64,000 bases of DNA from NCBI GenBank assembly GCA_024639325.1, contig JAHEIO010000004.1:8801-72800 (forward strand), in the 5' to 3' direction. A program made the position numbers and the translations under genes. Below, piece by piece: positions 19,901 through 29,869 of the stretch. This DNA is from Gammaproteobacteria bacterium (lineage in GTDB: Bacteria; Pseudomonadota; Gammaproteobacteria; Arenicellales; JAANXG01). Each line of letters begins with the position of its first letter. The stretch's first letter is position 1. The notes under the pieces were generated by a model. That model ran no database searches. It was not told where the DNA came from and saw only the letters and a program-made list of their open reading frames with translations.

Positions 19901-20513
19901 TTCCGCGGTACGACGCGCCGCAAAGCCGCGCCACCATGAAACGCAATAGATACACTGCCTCGTGGCGGCTGCCGCAGGTATTCAGGCGCCTGAGTACGCC
20001 GGCCAGATCGCGCAGGCGGGCAACCTGAATGGCGGGCATATCGTCGATCTCCAGGTGATAGATATCACGCTCGAGGTCAATGGCGTCTCCCTGCAGTCCA
20101 GCGAGTGCGGCAACCAGGGCATCCGTGATCAAGGTTCCGTGAGGCAGCTGCAGCTGCGCGATGAGATACTCCGAATTTCCTTGCAGCGCGTATATCGACA
20201 ACCTGCCGTGCGCATCGTAAGGTACTATCAGCGTATCTCCAGCTCTGAAGACTCGATGATTGGCGACTTCGAACAGCCTGTAGCGTTGGCCAAGGAAGGT
20301 CATCGTTTGCAGGTAGCGGCGCAACGCGCAGTTGTGCTCGTCCTCATTGCCCCGTGGGCCATAAGCGGCGAACAGCGCGCTATTCAATGCGCTGATATGC
20401 TCACGCTCTTGCACACTGAAAGGTTCCTCTTTGCCGGGAACCGAATTCACCATCGGGATGCGGGGCGCGCAGATACCGAAGCCATCTGGTCGGCCTTTAC
20501 CAGTGATGTTCAT
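16911..20513 (-). CDS. PPDK/PEP-synthase-family dikinase-like protein with ~670-aa unassigned N-terminal region and no PEP/pyruvate TIM-barrel domain
   Basis: ATP-grasp nucleotide-binding region (RYGGKGSGLIYI...GFIIPT, LLLAVRGGSVFSMPGMLATV, YRRFL, AIVQQM) from about aa 689. The C-terminal swivel phosphohistidine domain reads GGLLAARGGSTSHAAVAVHG, with the His codon at 17160-17162. The ORF ends about 80 aa after it. Confidence 0.75.
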   Translation of the reverse strand: MNITGKGRPDGFGICAPRIPMVNSVPGKEEPFSVQEREHISALNSALFAAYGPRGNEDEHNCALRRYLQTMTFLGQRYRLFEVANHRVFRAGDTLIVPYDAHGRLSIYALQGNSEYLIAQLQLPHGTLITDALVAALAGLQGDAIDLERDIYHLEIDDMPAIQVARLRDLAGVLRRLNTCGSRHEAVYLLRFMVARLCGASYRGMPGAKNLRPEIRLVRDQLAEFMNGPFASRLRLPTRILVRSISGLVSRPKLIDEVWQDTIDLAEVHVRGSAITNEIRRSTHHAMGKHTLDLARAYRQWLQTGEADFPDAAREVPGPADEAARSCSGALELVKRVIVNLEQLLDSSQIAQRLVEWRNTYADELVRCESTKILDEELESLVANGIRAGNRWVYQHRLGSFASKLRDGAWPDDVREPFEKSLKHLQEVMPDEAGFPADEVERDARTAVNAFCRGMRHHHQDALFASLDELLERYRGGAPFDAFERSCALRRELESLVGSGVFTSQRYLLYQLDCLLEELGFLALRHVASGYMERGVALEECLRIVHLCAGSLEQDGLFSRELWDLSVMLVNAERAPSELLDVLAQIQRNYHRLVKRVSEAYEVMAGQLGYADDEMRGVLANFQRTMHDLNSLVHFSDLAREYISECGSDLSWAGQGSAGEGPWDFVHLSHTQDIVDRVENRESVSLQARYGGKGSGLIYIAYLGIPTRDGFIIPTVLPRLGLHNSDRRRFEREVLRHLQLLEDDIARNEGTPLHLGDADAPLLLAVRGGSVFSMPGMLATVVFVGMTDAVAEALARDDEWYAWDAYRRFLVSYASAVWQLDLEPLGLVEQAKRRNNAALKTQLSGVAMREVVESSKDAIRDAGYADQLEAILGSVEHQLHTALGAVHTSWNRERARRYRAIKHLSEGWHTAAIVQQMASGNRSNTEELQPGMDEMRMSLTGVIPKTRMQVCGFRAFTGDVKFSACGDDLVGGLTAAKSFEPVQRLHSLAPMLERKLNHISARLRRYLGSDAEIEFTVDRGVLSVLQARSAQVEMQYSPRTFDDPGAPGGRGIGISGGAYRGLVAFDEADVKRLTETMHDPGQEVDGVLLVLENPVPDEIPLILSVGGLLAARGGSTSHAAVAVHGIEDRPYSAVLGVAELRVAPAEAILVDANGDPAHTVHAGDVLSIHGRTGEVFAGSRQIVGVKQDIQASLRRSHRSG

Positions 20514-20797
20514 GGCATCGATCCCCCGTACCTTTTGTCACCCATATACAGTATAACGTATAGGGGAATATCGATCGGAGTTTTGAGATCCCAGGCCGGA
20601 TCGACGAAATCTGCCGTTCACCCCGCGATTAGCATGAACCGATTAACGAGATTTCGTCAAAAGCACTGTTCGCAGCGGACGCCGGCATGTCCCTTCGCAA
20701 TGTGCGTGCCAGGCGGGCCAGCTGCCGGTACAAATAGGCCCGAAAAGATGGTCAAATAGATCACGAAAATTTCTTCAAACGAGCTAGAGAGGCGCGC

Positions 20798-21037
20798 ATG
20801 TCGGAAGCGGAAGTAGCACAAAAGTCACCGTATGTTCTCGAACTGGATGCCGGCACTTACTGGTGGTGCCGCTGTGGCCGATCCGCGAACCAGCCGTTTT
20901 GCGACGGTTCGCACAGGGAAACCGGTTTCACGCCGGTTCGCCTGGATCTGGAGGGACGTAAAAAATTAGCGCTTTGCGGATGCAAGCGAACGAACAACTC
21001 ACCGTTCTGTGACGGCAGCCACAACAAGATCGATTAG
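20798..21037 (+). CDS. CDGSH-type iron-sulfur domain protein (two CDGSH motifs)
   Basis: Contains CRCGRSANQPFCDGSH and CGCKRTNNSPFCDGSH in 79 aa. Confidence 0.85.
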   Translation: MSEAEVAQKSPYVLELDAGTYWWCRCGRSANQPFCDGSHRETGFTPVRLDLEGRKKLALCGCKRTNNSPFCDGSHNKID

Positions 21038-21052
21038 TCCGATAGCCCATAT

Positions 21053-22387
21053 ATGAAAAAGCTGTTGCTGTCCGTATTGTTGCTGGGACTGACTGCCGTC
21101 GTGGCCGTGGTGCCCTACTGGTTTGGGGTGGAGGCGGAACGAATTTTTGAACGGCAGATGACGCTGCTGGATTCCAGCAACAAGATCAGCGTGGTGGAAA
21201 GCCGATTTCGCCGTGGCTGGATGCGCTCCGTGGCCGAGACCACGTTTGCCATCCGCGATTACCAATTAACCGTGCTTGCGGTGCACACCGTGGACCACGG
21301 CCCGTTGCCGATCAGCAATCCCGTCAGGTATCTCCTGGCGCTACAGCCACTTCTGGCTTTGATACATTCGGAACTCAGCATCCCGGGCGCGCGTGCTCCG
21401 GAAGCGGAACAGCCTTTCGGCACCTTGTCTACCACCGTGAATTTAGACAGCACGACCAAAACCCGGATCGAGATTCCAGCCGCGGATGCCCAGTTGGAAG
21501 ACGCCGCAACAATGGCCTGGAAGCGAATCCAGGGTAGCGTTGATTTCGAACCTTCCAACGCGTCTTGGCAAGGGAGTATGGACCTAGGTGGAATCGACTG
21601 GTCGCAGCACGATTACAGTTTCAGCCTCGGCAAGTCCACCCTCACGTTCCTGACCTATCCGGGCAGAACCGGGCTGGCTATGGGAAACTCGACTCTGGTC
21701 ACCGAATCACTGCGGGCGCGTATCCCGGATTCGGAACACCTGTTCGAGTCCAAAGATCTGGTTGTCACCTCGACGGCGACGGAACAGGGCCAGAATGTCG
21801 AATACAAGATGTCCGGCGAGTTCGCTTCCGCCCTGTTGCCGACCCTCGAGCTTACCGGTGCAACCTGGCACCTTTCGGCGCACGATCTGGATCTGGATAC
21901 GCTGACCGATCTGAACGACCTGAGTGTCGATTCAGCCATACCGCTCAACAAAGTACTTGCGCTGGTATCGAAGCGCAACGCAAGACTGGATTCCGGGCTG
22001 ACACTGCGGACGGATTCCGGACCATTGGCCGCTACGGCCAGGGTAAAATTGTCGGGTGACGGTAATTCTTCTAACCCGCTCGCGCTGATTGGCGCACTCG
22101 ACGGCGACATACAGCTCGAAGTACCCGCTGCGGTGGCGGAACTCGCGGCACTGGCGGCGGTCAAGAAAGAACTGTCGGATCTGGACCCTGGCGGCCAGCA
22201 GCAACCGATGTCCGCGCAAGACGAAGAGTCGTTGATGAATCAAGCGGTACCGGCAAGGCTTCAGTCGTGGTTGGATGGGAATTTGTTGACGCAGGAAGGC
22301 GACCGCTATCGGTTCCAGGCCTCCATCAGAGAGGGTTCCGTAAGCCTCAACGGCAAACCGTTTAACCTGCTGTCGCTACTGCGTTGA
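21053..22387 (+). CDS. Secreted/anchored protein, YdgA-like (DUF945-type) hypothetical
   Basis: N-terminal signal/anchor MKKLLLSVLLLGLTAVVAVVPYWFG. Its size and N-terminal pattern resemble the YdgA family. Low certainty. Confidence 0.5.
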   Translation: MKKLLLSVLLLGLTAVVAVVPYWFGVEAERIFERQMTLLDSSNKISVVESRFRRGWMRSVAETTFAIRDYQLTVLAVHTVDHGPLPISNPVRYLLALQPLLALIHSELSIPGARAPEAEQPFGTLSTTVNLDSTTKTRIEIPAADAQLEDAATMAWKRIQGSVDFEPSNASWQGSMDLGGIDWSQHDYSFSLGKSTLTFLTYPGRTGLAMGNSTLVTESLRARIPDSEHLFESKDLVVTSTATEQGQNVEYKMSGEFASALLPTLELTGATWHLSAHDLDLDTLTDLNDLSVDSAIPLNKVLALVSKRNARLDSGLTLRTDSGPLAATARVKLSGDGNSSNPLALIGALDGDIQLEVPAAVAELAALAAVKKELSDLDPGGQQQPMSAQDEESLMNQAVPARLQSWLDGNLLTQEGDRYRFQASIREGSVSLNGKPFNLLSLLR

Positions 22388-23400
22388 AACACCAGTTTCC
22401 GAGGATCGTCTTGACTCTGGGTGAACCCGCGGGGATTGGTCCGGACATCGCAATCAGGCTGGCGCAATCATCGATTCACTGCAGGCTCGCCGTCATTGGC
22501 GACCCGGAGCTGCTGGAGACCCGGGCCGCGCAGCTCGGACTGCCCATTACCCTCGACGAATGGCGGCAGCAGATCGCGGAAACTCAAAGGCTGGCGGTGG
22601 TTGCGGAGCCTCTTCGACGTCCGGCAAATCCCGGAAGACCCGACACTCAAAACGCTGCCCACGTGCTGCGCTGTCTCGACCGGGCGATAGACGGCTGCAT
22701 GGCGGGGGAGTTCGATGCCATGGTCACGGGCCCCGTGCACAAAGGGATCATCAACGAGGCAGGAACGGGATTCACCGGCCATACGGAGTACATAAGTGAG
22801 CGCACCTGCGGTGATTTACCGGTCATGCTGCTGGCGAGCGGCACTCTCCGGGTGGCCCTGGTAACGACGCACGTGGCGCTGAGCGAGGTCAGCGTGTTGA
22901 TAACCCGGGAGAGAGTCGAGAGGGTGATCCGGGTGCTCATCGATGACCTGCGTGACAAATTTGGTATCACCCGACCGCGTATTGCCGTATGCGGCCTCAA
23001 TCCTCACGCCGGCGAGCAGGGACACCTGGGCAGGGAGGAAATCGAAGAAATCACCCCTGCAATCGAGGTGTTCAGAAAATCGGGAATCCAGGTATCGGGA
23101 CCACACCCGGCAGATACGGTATTTCTACCCGGGGACACGGATCGGTATGATGTGATTCTTGCCATGTATCACGACCAGGGCCTGCCTGTACTCAAATATC
23201 GGGGATTCAGTGACGCCGTGAACGTGACGCTGGGTGTCCCCTTGATTCGCACATCCGTGGATCACGGCACGGCGCTGGAGCTGGCCGGACGAGCCGATAT
23301 TGATTTGGGAAGCGCGCGGGCGGCGTTGGACCTGGCAATTTCCCTGGCGCAAAACCGTATGGATAAGCAAGCACGTTTGGGCCGGGATAAGAAGCCGTGA
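22384..23400 (+). CDS. pdxA: 4-hydroxythreonine-4-phosphate dehydrogenase
   Basis: Contains GEPAGIGPDI, GHTEY and NPHAGE..GHLG motifs. It overlaps rsmA by 4 nt. Confidence 0.92.
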   Translation: MKHQFPRIVLTLGEPAGIGPDIAIRLAQSSIHCRLAVIGDPELLETRAAQLGLPITLDEWRQQIAETQRLAVVAEPLRRPANPGRPDTQNAAHVLRCLDRAIDGCMAGEFDAMVTGPVHKGIINEAGTGFTGHTEYISERTCGDLPVMLLASGTLRVALVTTHVALSEVSVLITRERVERVIRVLIDDLRDKFGITRPRIAVCGLNPHAGEQGHLGREEIEEITPAIEVFRKSGIQVSGPHPADTVFLPGDTDRYDVILAMYHDQGLPVLKYRGFSDAVNVTLGVPLIRTSVDHGTALELAGRADIDLGSARAALDLAISLAQNRMDKQARLGRDKKP

Positions 23401-24170
23401 GCTTCCCGGTCGCGCGCAAGTCACTCGGTCAACATTTCCTGCATGAAAAAAATGTGGTCGAGAACATCATCCGGGAGTTCGATCCCCGCTCGAGCGATAT
23501 CGTGGTCGAGATCGGGCCGGGTCTTGGGGCCCTGACCTTCGACCTAATCCCAAAGGTAGGACAGTTGCACGCGGTTGAACTGGATCGAGGACTGGCACAA
23601 AGGCTGGAGATCGAAACCACCGCTCATGAGCATGTCCACGTGCACCATTCGGATGCGTTGAAAGTGGATTTTTGCGCCTTGTGCCCCGGTGAGGCCATTC
23701 GACTGATCGGTAATTTGCCTTACAACATTTCCACACCACTGCTGTTTCACCTGCTGCAATACCGGCATTGCATTCGGGACATGTGGTTCATGCTGCAAAA
23801 AGAGGTGGGCGAGAGGATCGTCGCCGTACCCGGGACAAAGCGTTACGGCCGCCTATCGGTCATGATCCAGCAGTGCTGCCGGGTGGAACTCATCCAGCGC
23901 ATCGGAAGCGGTGCGTTTTCACCGCCGCCGAAGGTAGAGTCCGCGGTCGTTCGCCTGACACCTTACGAAACCTCACCCTATCCCGTTGACGATTACGGCG
24001 CATTCGAACGCGTCGTTCGTGCCGCCTTTTCACAGCGGCGCAAGACCTTACGTAACGCATTGATGACCTTGATCAGCGAGCAACGGATTGCCGAAACGGG
24101 CATCGACTCAACCCTGCGCGCGGAGCAGCTGTCCGTCCATGACTACGTCGAACTCAGCGGGCTATTGTAA
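23397..24170 (+). CDS. rsmA: 16S rRNA (adenine1518/1519-N6)-dimethyltransferase
   Basis: Contains KSLGQHFL, EIGPGLGALT and GNLPYNISTP motifs, in pdxA-ksgA synteny. Confidence 0.93.
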   Translation: MSFPVARKSLGQHFLHEKNVVENIIREFDPRSSDIVVEIGPGLGALTFDLIPKVGQLHAVELDRGLAQRLEIETTAHEHVHVHHSDALKVDFCALCPGEAIRLIGNLPYNISTPLLFHLLQYRHCIRDMWFMLQKEVGERIVAVPGTKRYGRLSVMIQQCCRVELIQRIGSGAFSPPPKVESAVVRLTPYETSPYPVDDYGAFERVVRAAFSQRRKTLRNALMTLISEQRIAETGIDSTLRAEQLSVHDYVELSGLL

Positions 24171-24176
24171 CCGTCG

Positions 24177-24845
24177 GTGCCGGTGGCGGATAATGCGCGG
24201 CTTAATGCACATAAGCACATGGACTGGCTGAACCCCGTTTCGAGGAGCGTTTTGCTGCGCGGACTGCTTACTCTTGTCATTAGCTTGATACCTGTCCCTG
24301 CATTACCCGGATACTTCAACTGCTCGGTGATCTATGACGAGTTCGAGCATCTGATGAACAAGCAATTTTTGATGGAACCGGATCGCTTCGTTTCCACGAT
24401 GAACCAGCGGCTTTCCAAATCGGAGTATGAATCCCTGCAAAAAGGACGATTCCTGCTGTACGAGGAATCGGCGGACATGGGCATCGCGGTTTTCCGAACC
24501 GATGAAAATCTCAGCGGTAAATTGTTGTTCAGATGGAGCGATCCGCTCGCCGATGGCGAGTCGCATCTGGTGATCGAGCTGGCGGTCATTCTGAGCCGGG
24601 TGGAGGATGGTTATGGCCCGAGGCGGATCGGCCCATTTAGAATCAAGCCGGGTTACGGACTCGATCTGGATACGGGCAAGTACGACAGCCGGCTCGGCCA
24701 GTCCCCGGAGGCCGAATCAGAACGAATTTCGGTTGATGTGCGCCATGGTATCGACCCAGGAACGGGGGAAGGCACCTTCGAAGCGGCAAACGGCGCCCTG
24801 CTGTACTTCCCCGTCGAATCCATGTGCAGCGAAATCAGCCAGTAG
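24177..24845 (+). CDS. Hypothetical protein, probably membrane-anchored or secreted
   Basis: 222-aa ORF with a hydrophobic segment (LLRGLLTLVISLIPVPALPG). I recognise no motif. The start is uncertain (GTG 24177 or ATG 24219). Confidence 0.45.
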   Translation: MPVADNARLNAHKHMDWLNPVSRSVLLRGLLTLVISLIPVPALPGYFNCSVIYDEFEHLMNKQFLMEPDRFVSTMNQRLSKSEYESLQKGRFLLYEESADMGIAVFRTDENLSGKLLFRWSDPLADGESHLVIELAVILSRVEDGYGPRRIGPFRIKPGYGLDLDTGKYDSRLGQSPEAESERISVDVRHGIDPGTGEGTFEAANGALLYFPVESMCSEISQ

Positions 24846-25557
24846 GAACCTGGCCGGCAATGTCATCCATTGCGGCCTCGATCCATTGCTCCGCCTCCCG
24901 GCTGACCTGTTTTGCGCGCTTGCCTTCGATGCGGATCATCGGGCCAACAACGACCCGGATAACTCCGGGCTGTTTCAGGAACCCGTGGCGCGGCCAGAAC
25001 TCGCCGGAATTGTGGGCCACCGGCAGCACTCCCACCTTCGCCTTCACCGCCAGCATGGCGCCTCCCGGGTTGTAGCGGCCCCTCTGTCCGGGTGCTACGC
25101 GCGTTCCCTCGGGAAACACCACCACGAACCTCCCGTTTTCGAGACGGTCGATTCCCTGATCTGCAATACCTTGCAGAGCGTGCCGTCCGTCGCGGCGATT
25201 GATGGCGATGGGTTGGGTCATCGCCAGTCCCCAGCCGAAAACGGGGATCCACAGCAGTTCCCGTTTCAGCACCCACGCCTGGGGGGGGAAAATAGTCTGG
25301 AATGCAATGGTCTCCCATGCCGATTGGTGTTTGGACAGGATGACGCAGGGGGATTTGGGGATGTTTTCCGATCCCTCGACCTCGTGGCTCAACCCGCAGG
25401 TTACCTTCAGCCACCACATGATGAAGAATGCCCAGTAACCAATGATCCTGGACCGTGTCATCGGCTTCAGAGGGTAAACCGCAATAGCGACCGGAGCGAA
25501 CAGAATAATTGTGGTGATCTGCCCGATCAGGAACAACAATGATCTGAGATGAATCAT
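24835..25557 (-). CDS. plsC: 1-acyl-sn-glycerol-3-phosphate acyltransferase
   Basis: Acyltransferase motifs KHQSAWE and FPEGTR. I chose the ATG at 25557, 13 nt after the gmhB stop. Confidence 0.85.
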   Translation of the reverse strand: MIHLRSLLFLIGQITTIILFAPVAIAVYPLKPMTRSRIIGYWAFFIMWWLKVTCGLSHEVEGSENIPKSPCVILSKHQSAWETIAFQTIFPPQAWVLKRELLWIPVFGWGLAMTQPIAINRRDGRHALQGIADQGIDRLENGRFVVVFPEGTRVAPGQRGRYNPGGAMLAVKAKVGVLPVAHNSGEFWPRHGFLKQPGVIRVVVGPMIRIEGKRAKQVSREAEQWIEAAMDDIAGQVPTG

Positions 25558-25570
25558 CGGCGGGGCTTGG

Positions 25571-26131
25571 TCAGGCCTGAGTTTGGTCGTTGCGAAGGAA
25601 CTCGTTGGTGAACGTGGCCAGATCATCGTATACCGGGGTGTCCCTGAGCAGATCAGAGTGCGGCAACTTCAGGACGCTGCTTTGACCCTTGCCGGTTCTC
25701 ACCAGCACCGGGGACGCCTTCGCCGCGCAGGCGGCTTCCAGGTCACGTATCGAATCACCGATCATAGGAACTTTATGCAGATTGATATTCAGCCGCTGTG
25801 CGACGTCCAGCAGCATGCCGGGTTTCGGTTTGCGACAGTCGCACTCGTCATCCGGGACGTGCGGACAGACCATCACGGCGTCAATAGCACCTCCCTTGCG
25901 CTGGATGTGCTCCAGCATACGGGTATGAATCCTGTTCAAGGTGTCCAGCGTCAACAGCCCCCGCCCAATCGCGGACTGGTTGGTGACGATGACAACGCGG
26001 TATTCCGCACGGCACAGCCTCGCAATCGCCTCCAGGCTGCCGGGTATCGGGAACCATTCCTCGGGTGACTTGATGTACTGGTCCGAGTCCTCGTTGATTA
26101 CACCATCACGATCCAGGATCACGAGGCGCAC
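25571..26131 (-). CDS. gmhB: D-glycero-beta-D-manno-heptose-1,7-bisphosphate 7-phosphatase (HAD family)
   Basis: Contains the LVILDRDGVIN HAD motif I, VTNQSAI and a CxC zinc-loop-like CDCRKPKPGM, with a GTG start. Confidence 0.88.
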   Translation of the reverse strand: MRLVILDRDGVINEDSDQYIKSPEEWFPIPGSLEAIARLCRAEYRVVIVTNQSAIGRGLLTLDTLNRIHTRMLEHIQRKGGAIDAVMVCPHVPDDECDCRKPKPGMLLDVAQRLNINLHKVPMIGDSIRDLEAACAAKASPVLVRTGKGQSSVLKLPHSDLLRDTPVYDDLATFTNEFLRNDQTQA

Positions 26132-26487
26132 TAGCGCACCTCATCATCGAATTGTGATACCCGTACTCGCCCGTCGACGACCCGGCTTTCCCGGTTTTCC
26201 AGCACTCCGATTTTTTGCCAGAAAGCCGTGCACAGGTCGAGGTCTGCCGAGATCGCGGTGCCGATCAGCAAAATCAGCAAATCCGCGCATTCCTCCGACA
26301 GGCTTTCCCTACCGCGACCTTTGGTGATGCACGCCGAAATTTCTCCAAGCTCCTCGGCCATCAGTGCCACCCGGTATGCCAGATCCTCGCCCCCTTCCTC
26401 GCTGAAACGGTGCTTGTCATGGAACGCCTGCACCGCGTTGAGCATGGACTCGAACGAATCCGCAGCCATGGCGTCTGCCGCACTCAT
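26131..26487 (-). CDS. MazG-like nucleotide pyrophosphohydrolase domain protein
   Basis: Contains FHDKHRF...RVALMAEELGEI...EECADLLILLIG, the EExxE/D all-alpha NTP-PPase pattern. I chose the start at 26487 so it does not overlap glyS. Confidence 0.6.
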   Translation of the reverse strand: MSAADAMAADSFESMLNAVQAFHDKHRFSEEGGEDLAYRVALMAEELGEISACITKGRGRESLSEECADLLILLIGTAISADLDLCTAFWQKIGVLENRESRVVDGRVRVSQFDDEVR

Positions 26488-26503
26488 GTTTCGATGCTCA
26501 TTG

Positions 26504-28615
26504 TCACCTTCCCGGGGATTCCTGCAAGAGGGATATATCTGCAACCTTCAAGAACATCTGGTGCAATCGTCGCAGCAGCGCCAGCCGATTTTTACGCAGG
26601 GCTTCTTCGTCCACCATCACCATGACCTCGTCGAAGAATCGATCCACGGGTTCACGCAATGACGCCAATTGTTCCAGTCCGGCTTCATAGCGAAATGCCT
26701 CGAAATCGGCATGGATATCCTTGTCGAGCTCCAACAAACGGTTCGCGAGGTTTTTTTCCGCGTCGTCCACGACCAGCCGCAGGTCAAAATCATCGGGCAC
26801 CTTATCTTCCGCCTTACGCAGGATATTACAGATCCTTTTGTTGGCGGCCGCGAGGTTTGAGGCGCTGTCCAGCATGCGGAACTTGGCCACGGCCCTTAGC
26901 CGTAGGTCGAAATCGAGCGGCTTAGGCGGATTGCCGGCAGCCACGGACGCAATTTCATCGGCGCCAAAGCCCTGATCCAAATAGTAAGACCGCAGCCTAT
27001 CGTTAATGAATTCCAGAACCCTGTCGACGGTTGGTGAATCGTAATCCTCGATTGCTCCACTCGTTCGATAAGCAGCGGCGGCTTCGTCGAGCAGCGCCCG
27101 CAACCCAATGTCCAATTTTCTCTCGATCAACAACCGCAGCACGCCAAGCGCCGCCCTGCGCAGAGCGAAGGGGTCCTTGTCGCCGGTTGGTTCCTCGCCC
27201 GCTCCGAATATTCCGATCAGCGAGTCGATTCTATCGACAAGAGCCAGCACCGTCGCAACCGGCGTACGGGGCAGGTTGTCTCCGGAAACCCTGGGCAGAT
27301 AGTGATCAGAACAAGCCCTGGCGACCTCCTCCGGTTCTCCGTCGTTGCGTGCGTAGTAACTGCCCATGACACCTTGCAAATCGGGAAATTCGCCGACCAT
27401 GTCGGTAACGAGATCAGCCTTGATGAGCTGGGCCGCGCGCACGCACCGGGCGGTGTCTGCGCCGGCGCCCGATGCGAACGCTCGTGCGAGATGCTTCAGC
27501 CGTTCGACCTTGTCCGCCATGGTGCCCAGCTTGCGGTGGAACAGAACCTGACCGAGCCGCGTACCGTGTGCCTCCAGCGTAGTGCTTCGATCGGAATCCC
27601 AAAAAAAACGGGCATCGTCCAGCCGGGCCCGGAGCACCCTTTCGTTGCCCTGTCGGATGCGGTCCGGAGGGCTGGCTTCGATATTGCTGACGGTAATGAA
27701 ACAGGGCAACAAGTTGCCTTCCTCGCCGTAAACACTGAAGTACTTCTGGTGGTCGCGCATGGAAGACACCAGAACCTCGGGCGGCATTTCCAGAAATTCG
27801 CTATCGAATCTTCCGATCAGTGCCGTGGGCCATTCCACCAGTCCGGTGACCTGCTCCATCAGGCCGTCATCCGGATGAATGTTGCCATTGTTTTCCCGTG
27901 CCAGCTCATATACCTGCTGTTCGATGCGCAGCTTCCGCACTTCGAAATCCGGCACAACCGCTCCCTGCTCGAGCAGCACGCGCTCATAGTCATCCGCGTG
28001 GGACAAATGCAGCGGTTCCCGGCAGAGGAATCGGTGCCCCCTGGTAGCGGCACCCGAACGAACGGATAGGATTTCCGTCTCGATCGCGCCGTCTCCGTGG
28101 AGAACGACCAGCCAGTGCACCGGCCGCACGAATTCGGACTCGAGATTCCCCCATCGCATGCGCTTGGGGATTGGCAGCTGTTTTAGGGCACGCTCTATGC
28201 ACGAAGGAATCAATGTGTGGGCAGATTCGCCTTTGGTGAGCCGCCGGTGGATCAGCCATTCCCCCTTTTCCGTCTGAACGCGTTCCAGCGCATCGACATC
28301 CGTGCCACAGGACGTGGCGAAGCCTAGCGCGGCGTTGGTAGGATTGCCCTCGCCATCGAACGCGGCGGCCAGAGACGGTCCACGGCGCTCGACGGTCTGG
28401 TCGGGCTGCCGGGTCTCGACATCGGATACCCATACGGCCAGACGTCGGGGGGTGGCAAACCATCTGAATGAGCTCTGCGCCGTAACGAGCTGAACTTTCT
28501 TGAGCGCGCCATGGCAACCGGCTGCAAACTCCTCTCCCAGCCTACGCAGCGCCTTGGGCGGAAGCTCCTCGGTACCGATCTCGACGAGCAGACTGGCGCC
28601 GGTCGACTCAGACAT
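26504..28615 (-). CDS. glyS: Glycyl-tRNA synthetase beta subunit
   Basis: 703 aa starting [15 protein letters not shown]. It overlaps glyQ by 8 nt. Confidence 0.95.
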   Translation of the reverse strand: MSESTGASLLVEIGTEELPPKALRRLGEEFAAGCHGALKKVQLVTAQSSFRWFATPRRLAVWVSDVETRQPDQTVERRGPSLAAAFDGEGNPTNAALGFATSCGTDVDALERVQTEKGEWLIHRRLTKGESAHTLIPSCIERALKQLPIPKRMRWGNLESEFVRPVHWLVVLHGDGAIETEILSVRSGAATRGHRFLCREPLHLSHADDYERVLLEQGAVVPDFEVRKLRIEQQVYELARENNGNIHPDDGLMEQVTGLVEWPTALIGRFDSEFLEMPPEVLVSSMRDHQKYFSVYGEEGNLLPCFITVSNIEASPPDRIRQGNERVLRARLDDARFFWDSDRSTTLEAHGTRLGQVLFHRKLGTMADKVERLKHLARAFASGAGADTARCVRAAQLIKADLVTDMVGEFPDLQGVMGSYYARNDGEPEEVARACSDHYLPRVSGDNLPRTPVATVLALVDRIDSLIGIFGAGEEPTGDKDPFALRRAALGVLRLLIERKLDIGLRALLDEAAAAYRTSGAIEDYDSPTVDRVLEFINDRLRSYYLDQGFGADEIASVAAGNPPKPLDFDLRLRAVAKFRMLDSASNLAAANKRICNILRKAEDKVPDDFDLRLVVDDAEKNLANRLLELDKDIHADFEAFRYEAGLEQLASLREPVDRFFDEVMVMVDEEALRKNRLALLRRLHQMFLKVADISLLQESPGR

Positions 28616-29495
28616 CTGCGTCGCTCTCGAGCTTTCCCCTTGGGAAACCGAGTTGTTCCCGATTGGTGTAGTAGCCTTCTGCTACCGCTTTAGCCATTGC
28701 CCTTACCCGCGCTATGTAACGTGCCCTTTCGGTCACGCCGACAGCATGGCGTGCGTCCAGCAGATTGAACGTGTGTGATGCCTTGAGCACTTTTTCGTAA
28801 GCCGGCAAAGGCAGCCCCGCTTCCGTCAATTGCCGGCAGTCCCGTTCGAATGAATCGAAACTGTGAAACAGTTCATCCACGGCTGCGTATTCGAAATTGA
28901 ACTTCGACTGCTCTACCTCGTTCTGGTGATAGATATCCCCGTAGCTGAAACCCGTGGTCCATAACAGGTCGAACACGCTATCGACCCCCTGCAGATACAA
29001 TGCGATGCGTTCCAGACCATAGGTTATCTCACCCGTGACCGGACGGCAGTCCAGGCCACCCACCTGCTGGAAGTAGGTGAATTGACTCACTTCCATTCCG
29101 TTCAGCCAGACTTCCCAGCCCAGACCCCACGCTCCCAGGGTCGGAGACTCCCAGTCGTCCTCGACAAACCGCACATCGTCTTTGAGAAAATCAATGCCCA
29201 GCTGCGCCAGCGAGCCAAGATAAAGGTCCTGGAAATCGAGCGGGGACGGCTTGATCACCACCTGAAATTGAAAGTAGTGTTGCAGGCGGTTCGGATTCTC
29301 GCCGTAACGCCCGTCGGTAGGGCGCCGTGAAGGCTGCACATAGGCCGCTTTCGTGGGTTCAGGTCCCACCGCACCGAGAAAGGTTGCGGGGTGGAACGTG
29401 CCTGCGCCGACTTCCATATCGTATGGCTGCATGAGCATGCAGCCCCGATCGGCCCAGTAATGTTGCAGCGAGAGTATAAGGTCTTGAAACGTCAT
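28608..29495 (-). CDS. glyQ: Glycyl-tRNA synthetase alpha subunit
   Basis: 295 aa with highly conserved [19 protein letters not shown]...[19 protein letters not shown]. Confidence 0.97.
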   Translation of the reverse strand: MTFQDLILSLQHYWADRGCMLMQPYDMEVGAGTFHPATFLGAVGPEPTKAAYVQPSRRPTDGRYGENPNRLQHYFQFQVVIKPSPLDFQDLYLGSLAQLGIDFLKDDVRFVEDDWESPTLGAWGLGWEVWLNGMEVSQFTYFQQVGGLDCRPVTGEITYGLERIALYLQGVDSVFDLLWTTGFSYGDIYHQNEVEQSKFNFEYAAVDELFHSFDSFERDCRQLTEAGLPLPAYEKVLKASHTFNLLDARHAVGVTERARYIARVRAMAKAVAEGYYTNREQLGFPRGKLESDADV

Positions 29496-29836
29496 CGATT
29501 ACGCTTGCTTGGGGGGCGGGAGACAATCCCGCCAGGGTGGGGAATTATACCCTGAGTGTTGATTTAAAAGAGATTTTTCAGATAAATCCGTTCGATGAAT
29601 TCAGACGTTTCGAAAGTGTTAGACAGAAATCCGGTTTTGTTATATGGTTTCTTCCGATGGCTGGGCACATGCCCGAGTCACCGAGGAGGAGTAGGCCTAA
29701 GCGCCTGAGGCGTAATATCAGAGGAGCTCGCAAGGGCTCTTTTGATTTTCTCGACTTGTCCAAGAAATTACATTTCAAGCTGCCTGGACCAGCGGGTTCG
29801 ACACGTCTTCTCTTGTTACCCTTTCCTAATGTCCTG

Positions 29837-29853
29837 TCGCACTGAAAACGTGC
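29837..29853. promoter_or_regulatory. NtrC binding site (distal) upstream of glnA
   Basis: CGCACTGAAAACGTGCA compared with the consensus TGCACC-N5-GGTGCA. Confidence 0.6.
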
Positions 29854-29869
29854 ACGGTTTCAGGCTCTT

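Noticed and set aside
29537-29845. 102-aa ORF in the glyQ-glnA intergenic region
   Set aside because: It has low-complexity basic sequence, no RBS and no motif. The region is better explained as the glnA regulatory region (NtrC sites and sigma-54 promoter just downstream).
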